Assembly (NCBI GenBank): GCA_036655715.1
Contig: JAVVPO010000004.1
Coordinates: 2,660-66,659, forward strand
Length of the DNA stretch: 64,000 bases
DNA from: Cellulosilyticaceae bacterium
GTDB taxonomy: Bacteria > Bacillota > Clostridia > Lachnospirales > Cellulosilyticaceae
Direction: 5' to 3'
Shown: one piece after another, positions 28,957 through 39,259 of the stretch
Layout of the letters: every line of letters starts with the position of its first letter
Position numbering within the stretch: the first letter of the stretch is position 1
The notes under the pieces: model-generated
Seen by the model: only the letters and a program-made list of their open reading frames with translations
The model's database searches: none
What the model was told of the DNA's origin: nothing
Made by a program: the position numbers and the translations under genes

Positions 28957-29922
28957 CTACAATTTATAGTAATCTACACAACTTTTCATCTCTTGCAGCC
29001 ACTCTTCTATAGCCTTATCATCTAACTCCTCCTTACAAAACTCCTTAAAATAAGCCTTAAGCTGATTTTGACTAAGATACTGATTGGCTCCTAGTATTTC
29101 TTGATTCTTATTAATCGTCTTGTAATACCCATACTGACTACCATTATAAGAAACCAAATTTTTATAAATACTATAAAACACCTTCCAGTTGGCTCTACAA
29201 GGTTCATCTAAATATTCTTCCCATTTCCACTTACAAAAATTCCACCATATAGGATGTACATCTATCATATATCCCTTTATTTCGCTATTTTCTTTTTCTT
29301 GCCATATCTCATTAAGATTTTTTATGTACTTACTAATAGGGATAATACTTAGTTCATCCTCTCTTTCATATATAAATACTTCATCTATGTACTTATACCG
29401 TGAAATAAGAAATGGAAGTTTCACTGCATGCCATTTAGGCATATCTAATATCAATCTCACTCTTTTATTTTTACTTTTACACATTTTAGAAATACTATGT
29501 AACATCTGACTATATGGCATATAAGTAGGCTTAGGATTCAAAAAATCTAAGAACATACCTTTTTCGTTACTTTGGCCTATCAGCACAAGTGTAATCTGAG
29601 TATCCTCCAGTCTATCAAACCCCTTACTTAAGAAATCTTCTATCTCTTCTCTATTTGAAGAGTCCCTCATTTGCATCTCCATTGTCTTCACTTGTTGCGT
29701 ATCTGTCCTTAAATATTCCCAAACACCTTCCGCCTTTACCGTATCTATCCTATCCTTAATCTCCTCAAACCTTTTATACATAGCTAGACAACTACTCCCA
29801 AATATATAGCCTCTGGCAAAAATACCCCCATCTTCTTTTCCTATTTTCTCCAACTCTTGTTGTAAACTAGAAGCAATCCCACAATTTCCTCCCCCATATA
29901 TGAGCACACTCTCTCTATTCAT
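28957..29922 (-). CDS. Hypothetical protein with no family recognised
   Basis: 321-aa ORF with SD TAGGAGT and no TM segment or signal peptide. The N-terminus is VLIYGGGNCGIASS and the C-terminal half is rich in Trp, Lys and Tyr. Coding is plausible but the function is unknown. Confidence 0.55.
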   Translation of the reverse strand: MNRESVLIYGGGNCGIASSLQQELEKIGKEDGGIFARGYIFGSSCLAMYKRFEEIKDRIDTVKAEGVWEYLRTDTQQVKTMEMQMRDSSNREEIEDFLSKGFDRLEDTQITLVLIGQSNEKGMFLDFLNPKPTYMPYSQMLHSISKMCKSKNKRVRLILDMPKWHAVKLPFLISRYKYIDEVFIYEREDELSIIPISKYIKNLNEIWQEKENSEIKGYMIDVHPIWWNFCKWKWEEYLDEPCRANWKVFYSIYKNLVSYNGSQYGYYKTINKNQEILGANQYLSQNQLKAYFKEFCKEELDDKAIEEWLQEMKSCVDYYKL

Positions 29923-30195
29923 ATGCGCTTACTCCTATTCCTTCTCTTTTCTACTATGTATATGCTTTGTCCCTCTAACTTAAAACACTAATTCATCACA
30001 CTCTATTGATTAAATCATTTAATCCTTCATTCATCGGCCCCTTTCCTATCTCGTATAAACAATAACATCACGCATTCATCTACTGCCATAGTAATCCATA
30101 TGCCCACAAGTCCACAACCTAATACTATCCCTAATATGTAAGCAAAAGCTGCCGCGATTCTCCACCAGAAGGAATACCCATTTTCAAACTATTTA

Positions 30196-30246
30196 TTGAC
30201 ATTCTGCCTTATTCATTTTATTATAAAGAGGTAATGACATCATTAC
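30196..30246 (+). promoter_or_regulatory. Promoter plus perfect palindromic operator upstream of the agaS-like operon
   Basis: TTGACA (30196-30201), 17 nt, then TATTAT (30219-30224). The palindrome GTAATGA-ca-TCATTAC lies at 30231-30246, about where transcription would start. Confidence 0.5.
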
Positions 30247-30273
30247 ATTATTCTATAACGAGGTGATATTACT

Positions 30274-32330
<2,057 letters not shown>

Positions 32331-32400
32331 TCTATAAAAATTCGAGGGTGCTACTTCTTCTTAGAAGTCGCACTTTCTATTTATCTTAGGAGGGGTTTAT

Positions 32401-33360
32401 ATGTTTTATTTAGGAGTTGATGGTGGGGGTACTAAAACCTCTTTCCTTCTTATTGATGAGACAGGTAAATTATTAGCTACTACGACTACTGGCACTTGTC
32501 ATATTCATCAAGTAGGTTTTGATGGGTTTGAAAATGTATTACGTGGTGGTATAGAAGATGTATGTCATATGGCACACATTACATTACCTGATATTACTTT
32601 TAGTTTTCTTGGTGTCCCAGCTTATGGTGAGAATCAAGAAGAATTAATTAAAATGGAACAACATGTTCAAAATATTTTTCCTTCTAGCAACTTCAAATGT
32701 GGTAATGATGTAGAAGCTGGTTGGGCAGGCTCACTTGCCTGTAATCCTGGTATCAACTTAATCCTTGGTACTGGTGCTATCGCACTTGGCGTAGATAAAG
32801 ATGCTAATAGCTCTCGTAGTAGTGGTTGGGGTCACATCTGTGGGGATGAAGGCTCAGCTCACTGGATTGCAAAAAAAGGCATCGAAATCTTCTCAAAGGA
32901 AGCCGATGGCCGTTTAGACAAAACACCACTTTATGAGGTTTTCAAAAATAAACTTAATTTAGCATTAGACTTTGATCTTATTTACTTAATCTTAAATGAT
33001 TTTAAACAAGATAGAGGAAAAGTAGCTGGCCTTGCTACTCTTGTATACGAGGCAGCTACCCAAGAAGATCCTCATGCTATAGAAATCTTCAAACAAGCAG
33101 CACATGAATGCTTCCTTATGGTTAAAGCTGTTTGTAATGAACTTAACTTTGGGGAAACAGTAACTATTTCCTACTCTGGTAGTGTATTTAATTCAGGAGA
33201 ATTAATTTTAGCGCCACTAAAAGATTATTTATTCTCTGCGAATATTGATTTCAAACTTATACCTCCAGCTCTTACTCCAGTAAAAGGTTCTGCACTTTAT
33301 GCACTTAAACTTCATACCGGTGAACAAGACTTACAATCAATCGTTAGCAATATGCAATAA
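32401..33360 (+). CDS. BadF/BadG/BcrA/BcrD-type ATPase (N-acetylhexosamine kinase-like)
   Basis: 319 aa. The N-terminus is FYLGVDGGGTKT, there is a second phosphate motif GTGAIALG, and SD AGGAGGGG is present. Confidence 0.7.
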   Translation: MFYLGVDGGGTKTSFLLIDETGKLLATTTTGTCHIHQVGFDGFENVLRGGIEDVCHMAHITLPDITFSFLGVPAYGENQEELIKMEQHVQNIFPSSNFKCGNDVEAGWAGSLACNPGINLILGTGAIALGVDKDANSSRSSGWGHICGDEGSAHWIAKKGIEIFSKEADGRLDKTPLYEVFKNKLNLALDFDLIYLILNDFKQDRGKVAGLATLVYEAATQEDPHAIEIFKQAAHECFLMVKAVCNELNFGETVTISYSGSVFNSGELILAPLKDYLFSANIDFKLIPPALTPVKGSALYALKLHTGEQDLQSIVSNMQ

Positions 33361-33393
33361 CAACATCCCAATTAAATCTTATATTTTATTCTC

Positions 33394-33449
33394 ATATAAC
33401 TATAGAGAAAGTGACTTGTTGGTACCAAGTCACTTTTTTATAGTTATAT
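33394..33449. terminator. Long bidirectional terminator hairpin between convergent genes
   Basis: Inner stem aaagtgacttg (33408-33418) / caagtcacttt (33426-33436) followed by a T-run. It is flanked by an 11-bp outer stem atataactata (33394-33404) / tatagttatat (33439-33449). Confidence 0.8.
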
Positions 33450-33453
33450 CTTT

Positions 33454-33954
33454 TTATACAATAGCTTTTCCTATAAGATATCCTGAACATATAAAAACTA
33501 AGTTCCATAAGGTAATCCCTATAGTAGAATAAATCGTAAAACTTGCAAGTTTTATGCGTGTTGTCCCTGCCACTAATGAAATAAGGGTTCGTGCTACTGG
33601 AATGAGCCTGCTTACTACAACCCCTTTATTCCCATACTTATCTACGTAACTGATAGTCTTATCAATGGCTGGCCTTAATTTTTCATACTTGTTATAGATC
33701 TTATCTACTGCTGGCTTACCTATAAAATATCCAATAAAATATAATGTATAACTCCCAAGTAGCCCTGCTACAACTGAGATAAAAAGGGCATATATAAAGT
33801 TCACTTCACTCATGGCTATTAGCATTCCTACTGCTGGCATAATAATTCCAGCTGGTAATCCTGGCAAATTAAGATATTCTAGATAGACAATAATAAACAA
33901 AACAATGATGCCATAATCCATCATATACTGTAAAACAACGTCTATACTTTCCAT
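33454..33954 (-). CDS. DedA family (SNARE-associated/VTT domain) membrane protein
   Basis: 166 aa with four hydrophobic spans. Block PG.PAG....A.G and the C-terminal RLIP..R....L.AG are typical of DedA. Confidence 0.7.
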   Translation of the reverse strand: MESIDVVLQYMMDYGIIVLFIIVYLEYLNLPGLPAGIIMPAVGMLIAMSEVNFIYALFISVVAGLLGSYTLYFIGYFIGKPAVDKIYNKYEKLRPAIDKTISYVDKYGNKGVVVSRLIPVARTLISLVAGTTRIKLASFTIYSTIGITLWNLVFICSGYLIGKAIV

Positions 33955-33983
33955 AGTTCTCTCCTTATATCCGGTTTTCTACT

Positions 33984-34484
33984 CTATTTGTATGCTTTTG
34001 CTAACTGTATATAATGCTCAGCTGAATCATAGATTGATCTAATTTGCTCTTCATTTAAAGCTCTAATAGCTTTGGCTGGTGATCCTAGTACTAACATACC
34101 TTCTTCAATAACTGTATTGGAAGTAATTAAACTATTTGCTCCTATTATACAGTGCCTCCCGATCTTAGCGCCATCTAATATAATGGCCCCCATACCAATC
34201 AGTGTATAATCACCGATCTGCGCGCCATGTACAACTGCTCTATGGCCTATGGTTACTCCTTCTCCTACGATAGTTGGGTTAGTTTTACTTTCATGAATAA
34301 TAACGCCTTCTTGAATATTTGTTTTAGGACCAATAACTACTTTATTTTCATCTGCTCTAATCACTGCGCCATACCATATACTACAAGCTCTATTAACAGT
34401 TGCTTGTCCTATAATAACACTTGTAGGTGCAATAAATGTTTCTTCATCTATTTGAGGTTTATCATTTTTATAATTATAAATCAT
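33984..34484 (-). CDS. Gamma-carbonic-anhydrase-like / left-handed beta-helix (hexapeptide repeat) protein
   Basis: 166 aa with FIAPTSVIIGQATV...CSIWYGAVIRAD...V.IG..TNIQ(E/D)G.IIH and repeated hexapeptide units. Confidence 0.85.
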   Translation of the reverse strand: MIYNYKNDKPQIDEETFIAPTSVIIGQATVNRACSIWYGAVIRADENKVVIGPKTNIQEGVIIHESKTNPTIVGEGVTIGHRAVVHGAQIGDYTLIGMGAIILDGAKIGRHCIIGANSLITSNTVIEEGMLVLGSPAKAIRALNEEQIRSIYDSAEHYIQLAKAYK

Positions 34485-34636
34485 CTTATGCTCCTTTAAC
34501 TTTGTTCTTTTTTATATTATACTATATACTTATTAATGTTTCTTTAACTTTTATCTTGAGTTTATTAATATACTTAGTATTTTTATACTAAACAAATAAG
34601 TATAACCATTATTGTACCTATTTAGGAGGATTAATC

Positions 34637-37030
34637 ATGGATTTAAATAAATTTTCTGCTTTTCTTAAGGGCAAAAAATCTATGCCATATAAATATAGTA
34701 TTTGGCTTGCTTTACTTACTTTAGGTTTTAGCTTAGTAGCTAAAGAACTTTTTTCACTTAATTTAGATAGCTTAATACTGACTTTAAAAAGTTTAAGTCT
34801 GCTAGAGTATTTTAGCTTCCTTGCTTTTGGTATTCTTTCTGTCTCTTTAATGAGTGTTTACGATTTCGTTCTTCGTAAAGAATTTAGTTTAGATATTTCT
34901 ATTAAAGATACTTTTAAAGTCGCATGGGTTTCTAATACTATTGGTAACCTCTTAGGTGAGACACCTACCAATTCTGGTGGTATCAGCTATTTACTCTATC
35001 AAAGTGAGGGCATTGATTCTAATAAAGCAACTGTTATTAGTATTATTAAAAACACTTTATTTATTAGCCCCGATGACTCTGATATCGATTTTCTCAAAAT
35101 AAGTGTTAGTACAAGAATGTATCTTATTGCAGGCCTCTTAGTTAAGTGGATTGCTTCAGCTTTTTTGTTTAGCTATATTTTAACTTGTTTTATTCCTGAT
35201 ATTTCTTTACTTATTGTCTTTATTGTCTTTATGCTAGGTATGTTTATTAGCTTGTTCTCTCGCATCCCTGGTGGCATAGGTATTTTTGAATTAGTTTGCT
35301 TATCTAGTTTGAGCTATTTAGGTATTCCTATTCAGGTTTCTATCTTAGGTATTCTAAGTTATAGAATATTCTACTATATTATACCTTGGCTAAGTACTTT
35401 ATTCATGGTAGCTATTAGACCTTTATTTAGTAATAAACTTAAAGTTTCTCCTACTAATAAACGTTTATTCCAACATATGAGTGTACAAGCTACGGCAGCC
35501 CTTATTCTCTTTGCCGGTTTACTTATTATTTTTTCATCCTCTATCCCTGTAATTAGAGAACAGTTTATTCTTACAAACTCTTTTATTCCAATAGATTTTG
35601 CTAGAGTATCTACACTTTCTAGCATGGGAATTGGACTTATATTATTAATTTTATCTAAAGGAATTTATAACAAGGTTGCTTCATCTTATTATCTAACTCT
35701 TATTTTCCTTGTACTTGGTGCTATCTTGTCATTAATACAGAACTTTAATTTTACTGAGTTTCTTATTTTGCTTCTTATAGCTAGTATTCTATTTTTCACA
35801 CAAGAATATTTTTATAGAGAAACTGTTTCTCTTAATATAAGAAAATTTTTAAGTGGTTATATTTATTTATTAGGTGTTAGTTTTATCTATTTAATGATTT
35901 ATACTATGTTCATTTCTCCGAACGCTTTATCCTTAATACAGCGACTAAACTCTATGTTTTACGGTGTAGGCGAATTAATTGCTTTTTTCATCATTATTGG
36001 TTTAGGTGCCTTACTCCTTAATTTGGTAAGCATTAGAAGAGTTGATTTTGCTATGCCTACAGATGATGATTTAGAGTATTTACGTGGATTTTTAGATAAA
36101 TATGAAGGTAATTCAATGACACACCTAATTTTCCTTAAAGATAAAAGCTTGTTCTACGCAATGGATAATGAGGTCCTTATTGCTTTTAGACCTTACAAGG
36201 ATAATTTAATAGTATTAGGTGATCCCATTGGTAATCCTGCTCTCTTTAAAGAAGCTATTAATGAGTTTAGAATTTATGCAGATAAATTTAGTATGATACC
36301 TATTTTTTATGAAATTAACGAGGAAAATCTACCTATCTATCACGAGAATGGTTTTAATTTCCTTAAGTTAGGTGAAGAAGCAACCTTCCATCTTGATGAG
36401 TTTATCTTGACTGGGAAAAGACTTTCTCATCTGCGCACTATAAAGAACAAAATGCTTCGTAAAGAATTTGAATTTGAACTGCTAGAGTCACCTATCCCTG
36501 AAGATATTATGCATCAGCTTAAGATCATTTCTGATGAGTGGTTAGGCGATAGAAAAGAAAAAGGCTTTTCCTTAGGTTCCTTCAATGAAGACTACATTAA
36601 TCTAGCACCTGTCGCCCTTGTAAAGAAGGACGATGAAATCATTGCTTTTGCGACGATTATGCCTATGTATCAAAAAAGCACTATTTCTATTGATCTTATG
36701 CGCCTTATCCAATCACCACCTAATGGTACGATGGATGCTTTATTTATCGGTATTATTGAATGGGCTATTGAAGAAGGTTATGAACATTTCGTCTTAGGCA
36801 AAGCGCCTTTATCTAATGTAGGTCTTAACCAGTTTTCTAAAAAACGCGAGAAAATTGTTAAGCATCTTTATAATTATGGCAATAAACTTTATAGCTTCAA
36901 AGGTCTTAGACGATTTAAAGAAAAGTTCTATCCAGAATGGAAAGGGATTTACTTAGCCTATCCAAAAAGTTCACGCTTATCTGCTAGTATTATTAACCTT
37001 ACTCGTTTAATATCTGGCTCTGATCATTAA
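34637..37030 (+). CDS. mprF: Bifunctional lysylphosphatidylglycerol flippase/synthetase MprF-like
   Basis: 797 aa. The N-terminal ~460 aa are polytopic membrane. The C-terminal ~320 aa soluble domain (ANSMTHL-like NSMTHLIFL, KGFSLG, GL..FKEKF.P.W) is typical of aminoacyl-PG synthases. Confidence 0.8.
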   Translation: MDLNKFSAFLKGKKSMPYKYSIWLALLTLGFSLVAKELFSLNLDSLILTLKSLSLLEYFSFLAFGILSVSLMSVYDFVLRKEFSLDISIKDTFKVAWVSNTIGNLLGETPTNSGGISYLLYQSEGIDSNKATVISIIKNTLFISPDDSDIDFLKISVSTRMYLIAGLLVKWIASAFLFSYILTCFIPDISLLIVFIVFMLGMFISLFSRIPGGIGIFELVCLSSLSYLGIPIQVSILGILSYRIFYYIIPWLSTLFMVAIRPLFSNKLKVSPTNKRLFQHMSVQATAALILFAGLLIIFSSSIPVIREQFILTNSFIPIDFARVSTLSSMGIGLILLILSKGIYNKVASSYYLTLIFLVLGAILSLIQNFNFTEFLILLLIASILFFTQEYFYRETVSLNIRKFLSGYIYLLGVSFIYLMIYTMFISPNALSLIQRLNSMFYGVGELIAFFIIIGLGALLLNLVSIRRVDFAMPTDDDLEYLRGFLDKYEGNSMTHLIFLKDKSLFYAMDNEVLIAFRPYKDNLIVLGDPIGNPALFKEAINEFRIYADKFSMIPIFYEINEENLPIYHENGFNFLKLGEEATFHLDEFILTGKRLSHLRTIKNKMLRKEFEFELLESPIPEDIMHQLKIISDEWLGDRKEKGFSLGSFNEDYINLAPVALVKKDDEIIAFATIMPMYQKSTISIDLMRLIQSPPNGTMDALFIGIIEWAIEEGYEHFVLGKAPLSNVGLNQFSKKREKIVKHLYNYGNKLYSFKGLRRFKEKFYPEWKGIYLAYPKSSRLSASIINLTRLISGSDH

Positions 37031-37148
37031 AATACTAAATATTTTATTCATAATCTTGTCCGCTTTGTAGCAGCCTACGTGTGAAACTTCTTTGGGATAA
37101 AGACAACCAAAAAGTTTGTAAGATATACTCCACTAAGAAATAATAAAT

Positions 37149-37182
37149 AAAATCCCCCAACTTAGTCTCAGTTGGGGGATTT
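37149..37182. terminator. Bidirectional terminator between convergent genes
   Basis: aaaatcccccaact (37149-37162) / agttgggggattt (37170-37182) with a 7-nt loop. Confidence 0.8.
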
Positions 37183-37183
37183 A

Positions 37184-39247
37184 TTAAATATCACATAATT
37201 CTTGTTTACAACTTTCACGATGTCTATCACTTAAATCACCTCTATAGATAATCTCTCCCTCATATTCCCCTTCTAGAATAGGTAGCACAAAAGTTACTTT
37301 CATACCTACAGCCTTTTGATTCTCTATAATAAGTTTTCCTTTGTGTAAATTAACTAGTTGGTCTACTATTCTAAGACCTAATCCCTTATTTTCATTATGC
37401 CAAATAACTTGTCCTATATCTACTCCATCACCCATATCCGTAAGCCCTGCTCCTTGATCCTCTATAGATATTCTTATATTTCCTTCCCAAGGCTTAATGT
37501 ATACTAATACATTCCCACCTACTGGAGAATGCTTGATGGCATTAGACAATAAGTTAAGCATGATGCGCTCTATTGCTTTTTCATCGCACCATATGACTTG
37601 CTCTTCTATTTCTGTATCAAAAGTTATATTCACTCCTTTATTTTGAGTATACTTTGCAACGGCTATAGTTATTTCCTCTATAACTTCTACAATATTATAA
37701 TAATTATAATTTAATTTTTCTATCCTTGTATCCATTTTCATTAAATCGATTAAGTTATTAGCTACCTTAAGTGTAGTATAAGCGTTTCTATCTATGAAGT
37801 TTATATATTTATTAAACTTATCTTCTATACCTGAACTATTTTCTTCTATACAATTATCTCCTATTAGCTGCGTAATAGAAAGAATAATATTAAGTGGCGT
37901 TTTAAATTCATGAGATATAGTAGAAAAAAACAAGTTTTTATACTTTTCTCTCTCTAAATTTTTCTTTAGTTCTAACCTTTTTTCTTCCACTTGCTTGTGC
38001 TTGTTAATGTCCTTCCCTACGCCTATAATTATTTTTTTATCTTTAATACTTACACTTTTCCCACGCCATAATATCCATCTTAAACTCCCATCTTCCATCT
38101 GATACCTATTAATAAACCCTTTAATTTTCTTACCCTGAAACTGTTCTTTAATCACTACCCTACTCTCAACTCTATCTTCTTCATAGATATATTCATATAT
38201 CTCTTTACCCTTTATACTTTCTTTCGTATATCCTAAATTTTCAGCCCACACCCTATTAATTCTTCTCACTTTTTGTTTCTCGTCTAATATGCATAAAAAA
38301 TCTGTAGCAGTCTCAAAAAATAACTCTCGTTCTCTAACTATTTGCTCTTCTAGGTCAATCTCTTTAAATATACGTTCTATTAAATATTCATTTTTTATAA
38401 TGGATACTATTTTTCTACATAAATCATCTACATAAGTATTTTTAAAATAAGGCCTTTTATTATTTCCCTTATAGCCTACGTTAACTATGCCCCATATCTG
38501 CTCATTAAATTGTACGGGATACGCGCCCCAATAAGCTATGCCTCTCTCTTGAAAATCTTTCTTATACCCTTTATACTCACTTATTTCAGATATATGATTC
38601 ATATAATTTTTTTCTTTATTTCTAAAACTTGCTTCAAGTCTCTTTAAATCTATATCCTCCTCTTTTTTCATACTCTCTTGGTATTCATCTAACCCTCTTG
38701 TGATATATTTTTCTAACAAGCCTTTTTCCTTGTCATATCTATAAATACTAAGATAGTCACACTGTAAAGCCATAAAGAATTCATCTATAATATTTTCTAC
38801 ATCCTTATACTTCATATCCAGCCTTTCATTTTGCTGATTCCATGTGTATATCTCTGTTATTTCTTTAAATCCATCCTCTATTATCCCCTTCGCAACTAGC
38901 TCTTCATGACTTATACTTAATATTTCTGCAGTTCCTCCTACATTTGTTTCATCCTCTATAAGAGGAACTTCCTTTACCTCCATAATAATTTTTCGATCTT
39001 TTATGTTTAATTCATATATGTATATTTTGTTCTTTTCTAAAAAAATACTATATTCCTTACTTATTTTTGTAAATATCTCATGAGACTTCTTTCCTAAAAT
39101 TTCATCACATTCATACCCCATTATATTACTCATTGTTTCTTTGAATGCTGGATTAAAATAGGTGTATCTCCCTTCACTATCTTTAAGATCTACACTTTGG
39201 GGTGTCATATCCAATAACTGTTCTAAATGCTGTACGGTGTATTTCAT
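37184..39247 (-). CDS. Soluble PAS/GAF sensor histidine kinase with no adjacent response regulator
   Basis: 687 aa with no TM segment. The H-box is FFSTISHEFKTPLN (His codon CAT at 37910-37912). The N-box is LLSNAIKHSP, G1 is IEDQGAGL and G2 is NKGLGLRIV. It starts 12 nt after the stop of the upstream kinase-like gene. Confidence 0.8.
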   Translation of the reverse strand: MKYTVQHLEQLLDMTPQSVDLKDSEGRYTYFNPAFKETMSNIMGYECDEILGKKSHEIFTKISKEYSIFLEKNKIYIYELNIKDRKIIMEVKEVPLIEDETNVGGTAEILSISHEELVAKGIIEDGFKEITEIYTWNQQNERLDMKYKDVENIIDEFFMALQCDYLSIYRYDKEKGLLEKYITRGLDEYQESMKKEEDIDLKRLEASFRNKEKNYMNHISEISEYKGYKKDFQERGIAYWGAYPVQFNEQIWGIVNVGYKGNNKRPYFKNTYVDDLCRKIVSIIKNEYLIERIFKEIDLEEQIVRERELFFETATDFLCILDEKQKVRRINRVWAENLGYTKESIKGKEIYEYIYEEDRVESRVVIKEQFQGKKIKGFINRYQMEDGSLRWILWRGKSVSIKDKKIIIGVGKDINKHKQVEEKRLELKKNLEREKYKNLFFSTISHEFKTPLNIILSITQLIGDNCIEENSSGIEDKFNKYINFIDRNAYTTLKVANNLIDLMKMDTRIEKLNYNYYNIVEVIEEITIAVAKYTQNKGVNITFDTEIEEQVIWCDEKAIERIMLNLLSNAIKHSPVGGNVLVYIKPWEGNIRISIEDQGAGLTDMGDGVDIGQVIWHNENKGLGLRIVDQLVNLHKGKLIIENQKAVGMKVTFVLPILEGEYEGEIIYRGDLSDRHRESCKQELCDI

Positions 39248-39259
39248 CTTGACATCTCC

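Noticed and set aside
30030-30188. 53-codon hydrophobic minus-strand frame (..FWWRIAAAFAYILGIVLGCGLVGIWITMAVDECVMLLFIRDRKGADE*) upstream of the aga-like operon
   Set aside because: There is no ATG, GTG or TTG with an SD near its 5' end, which is bounded by a TAG at 30189-30191. At best it is the C-terminal remnant of a membrane protein gene, and I cannot support it as a feature.
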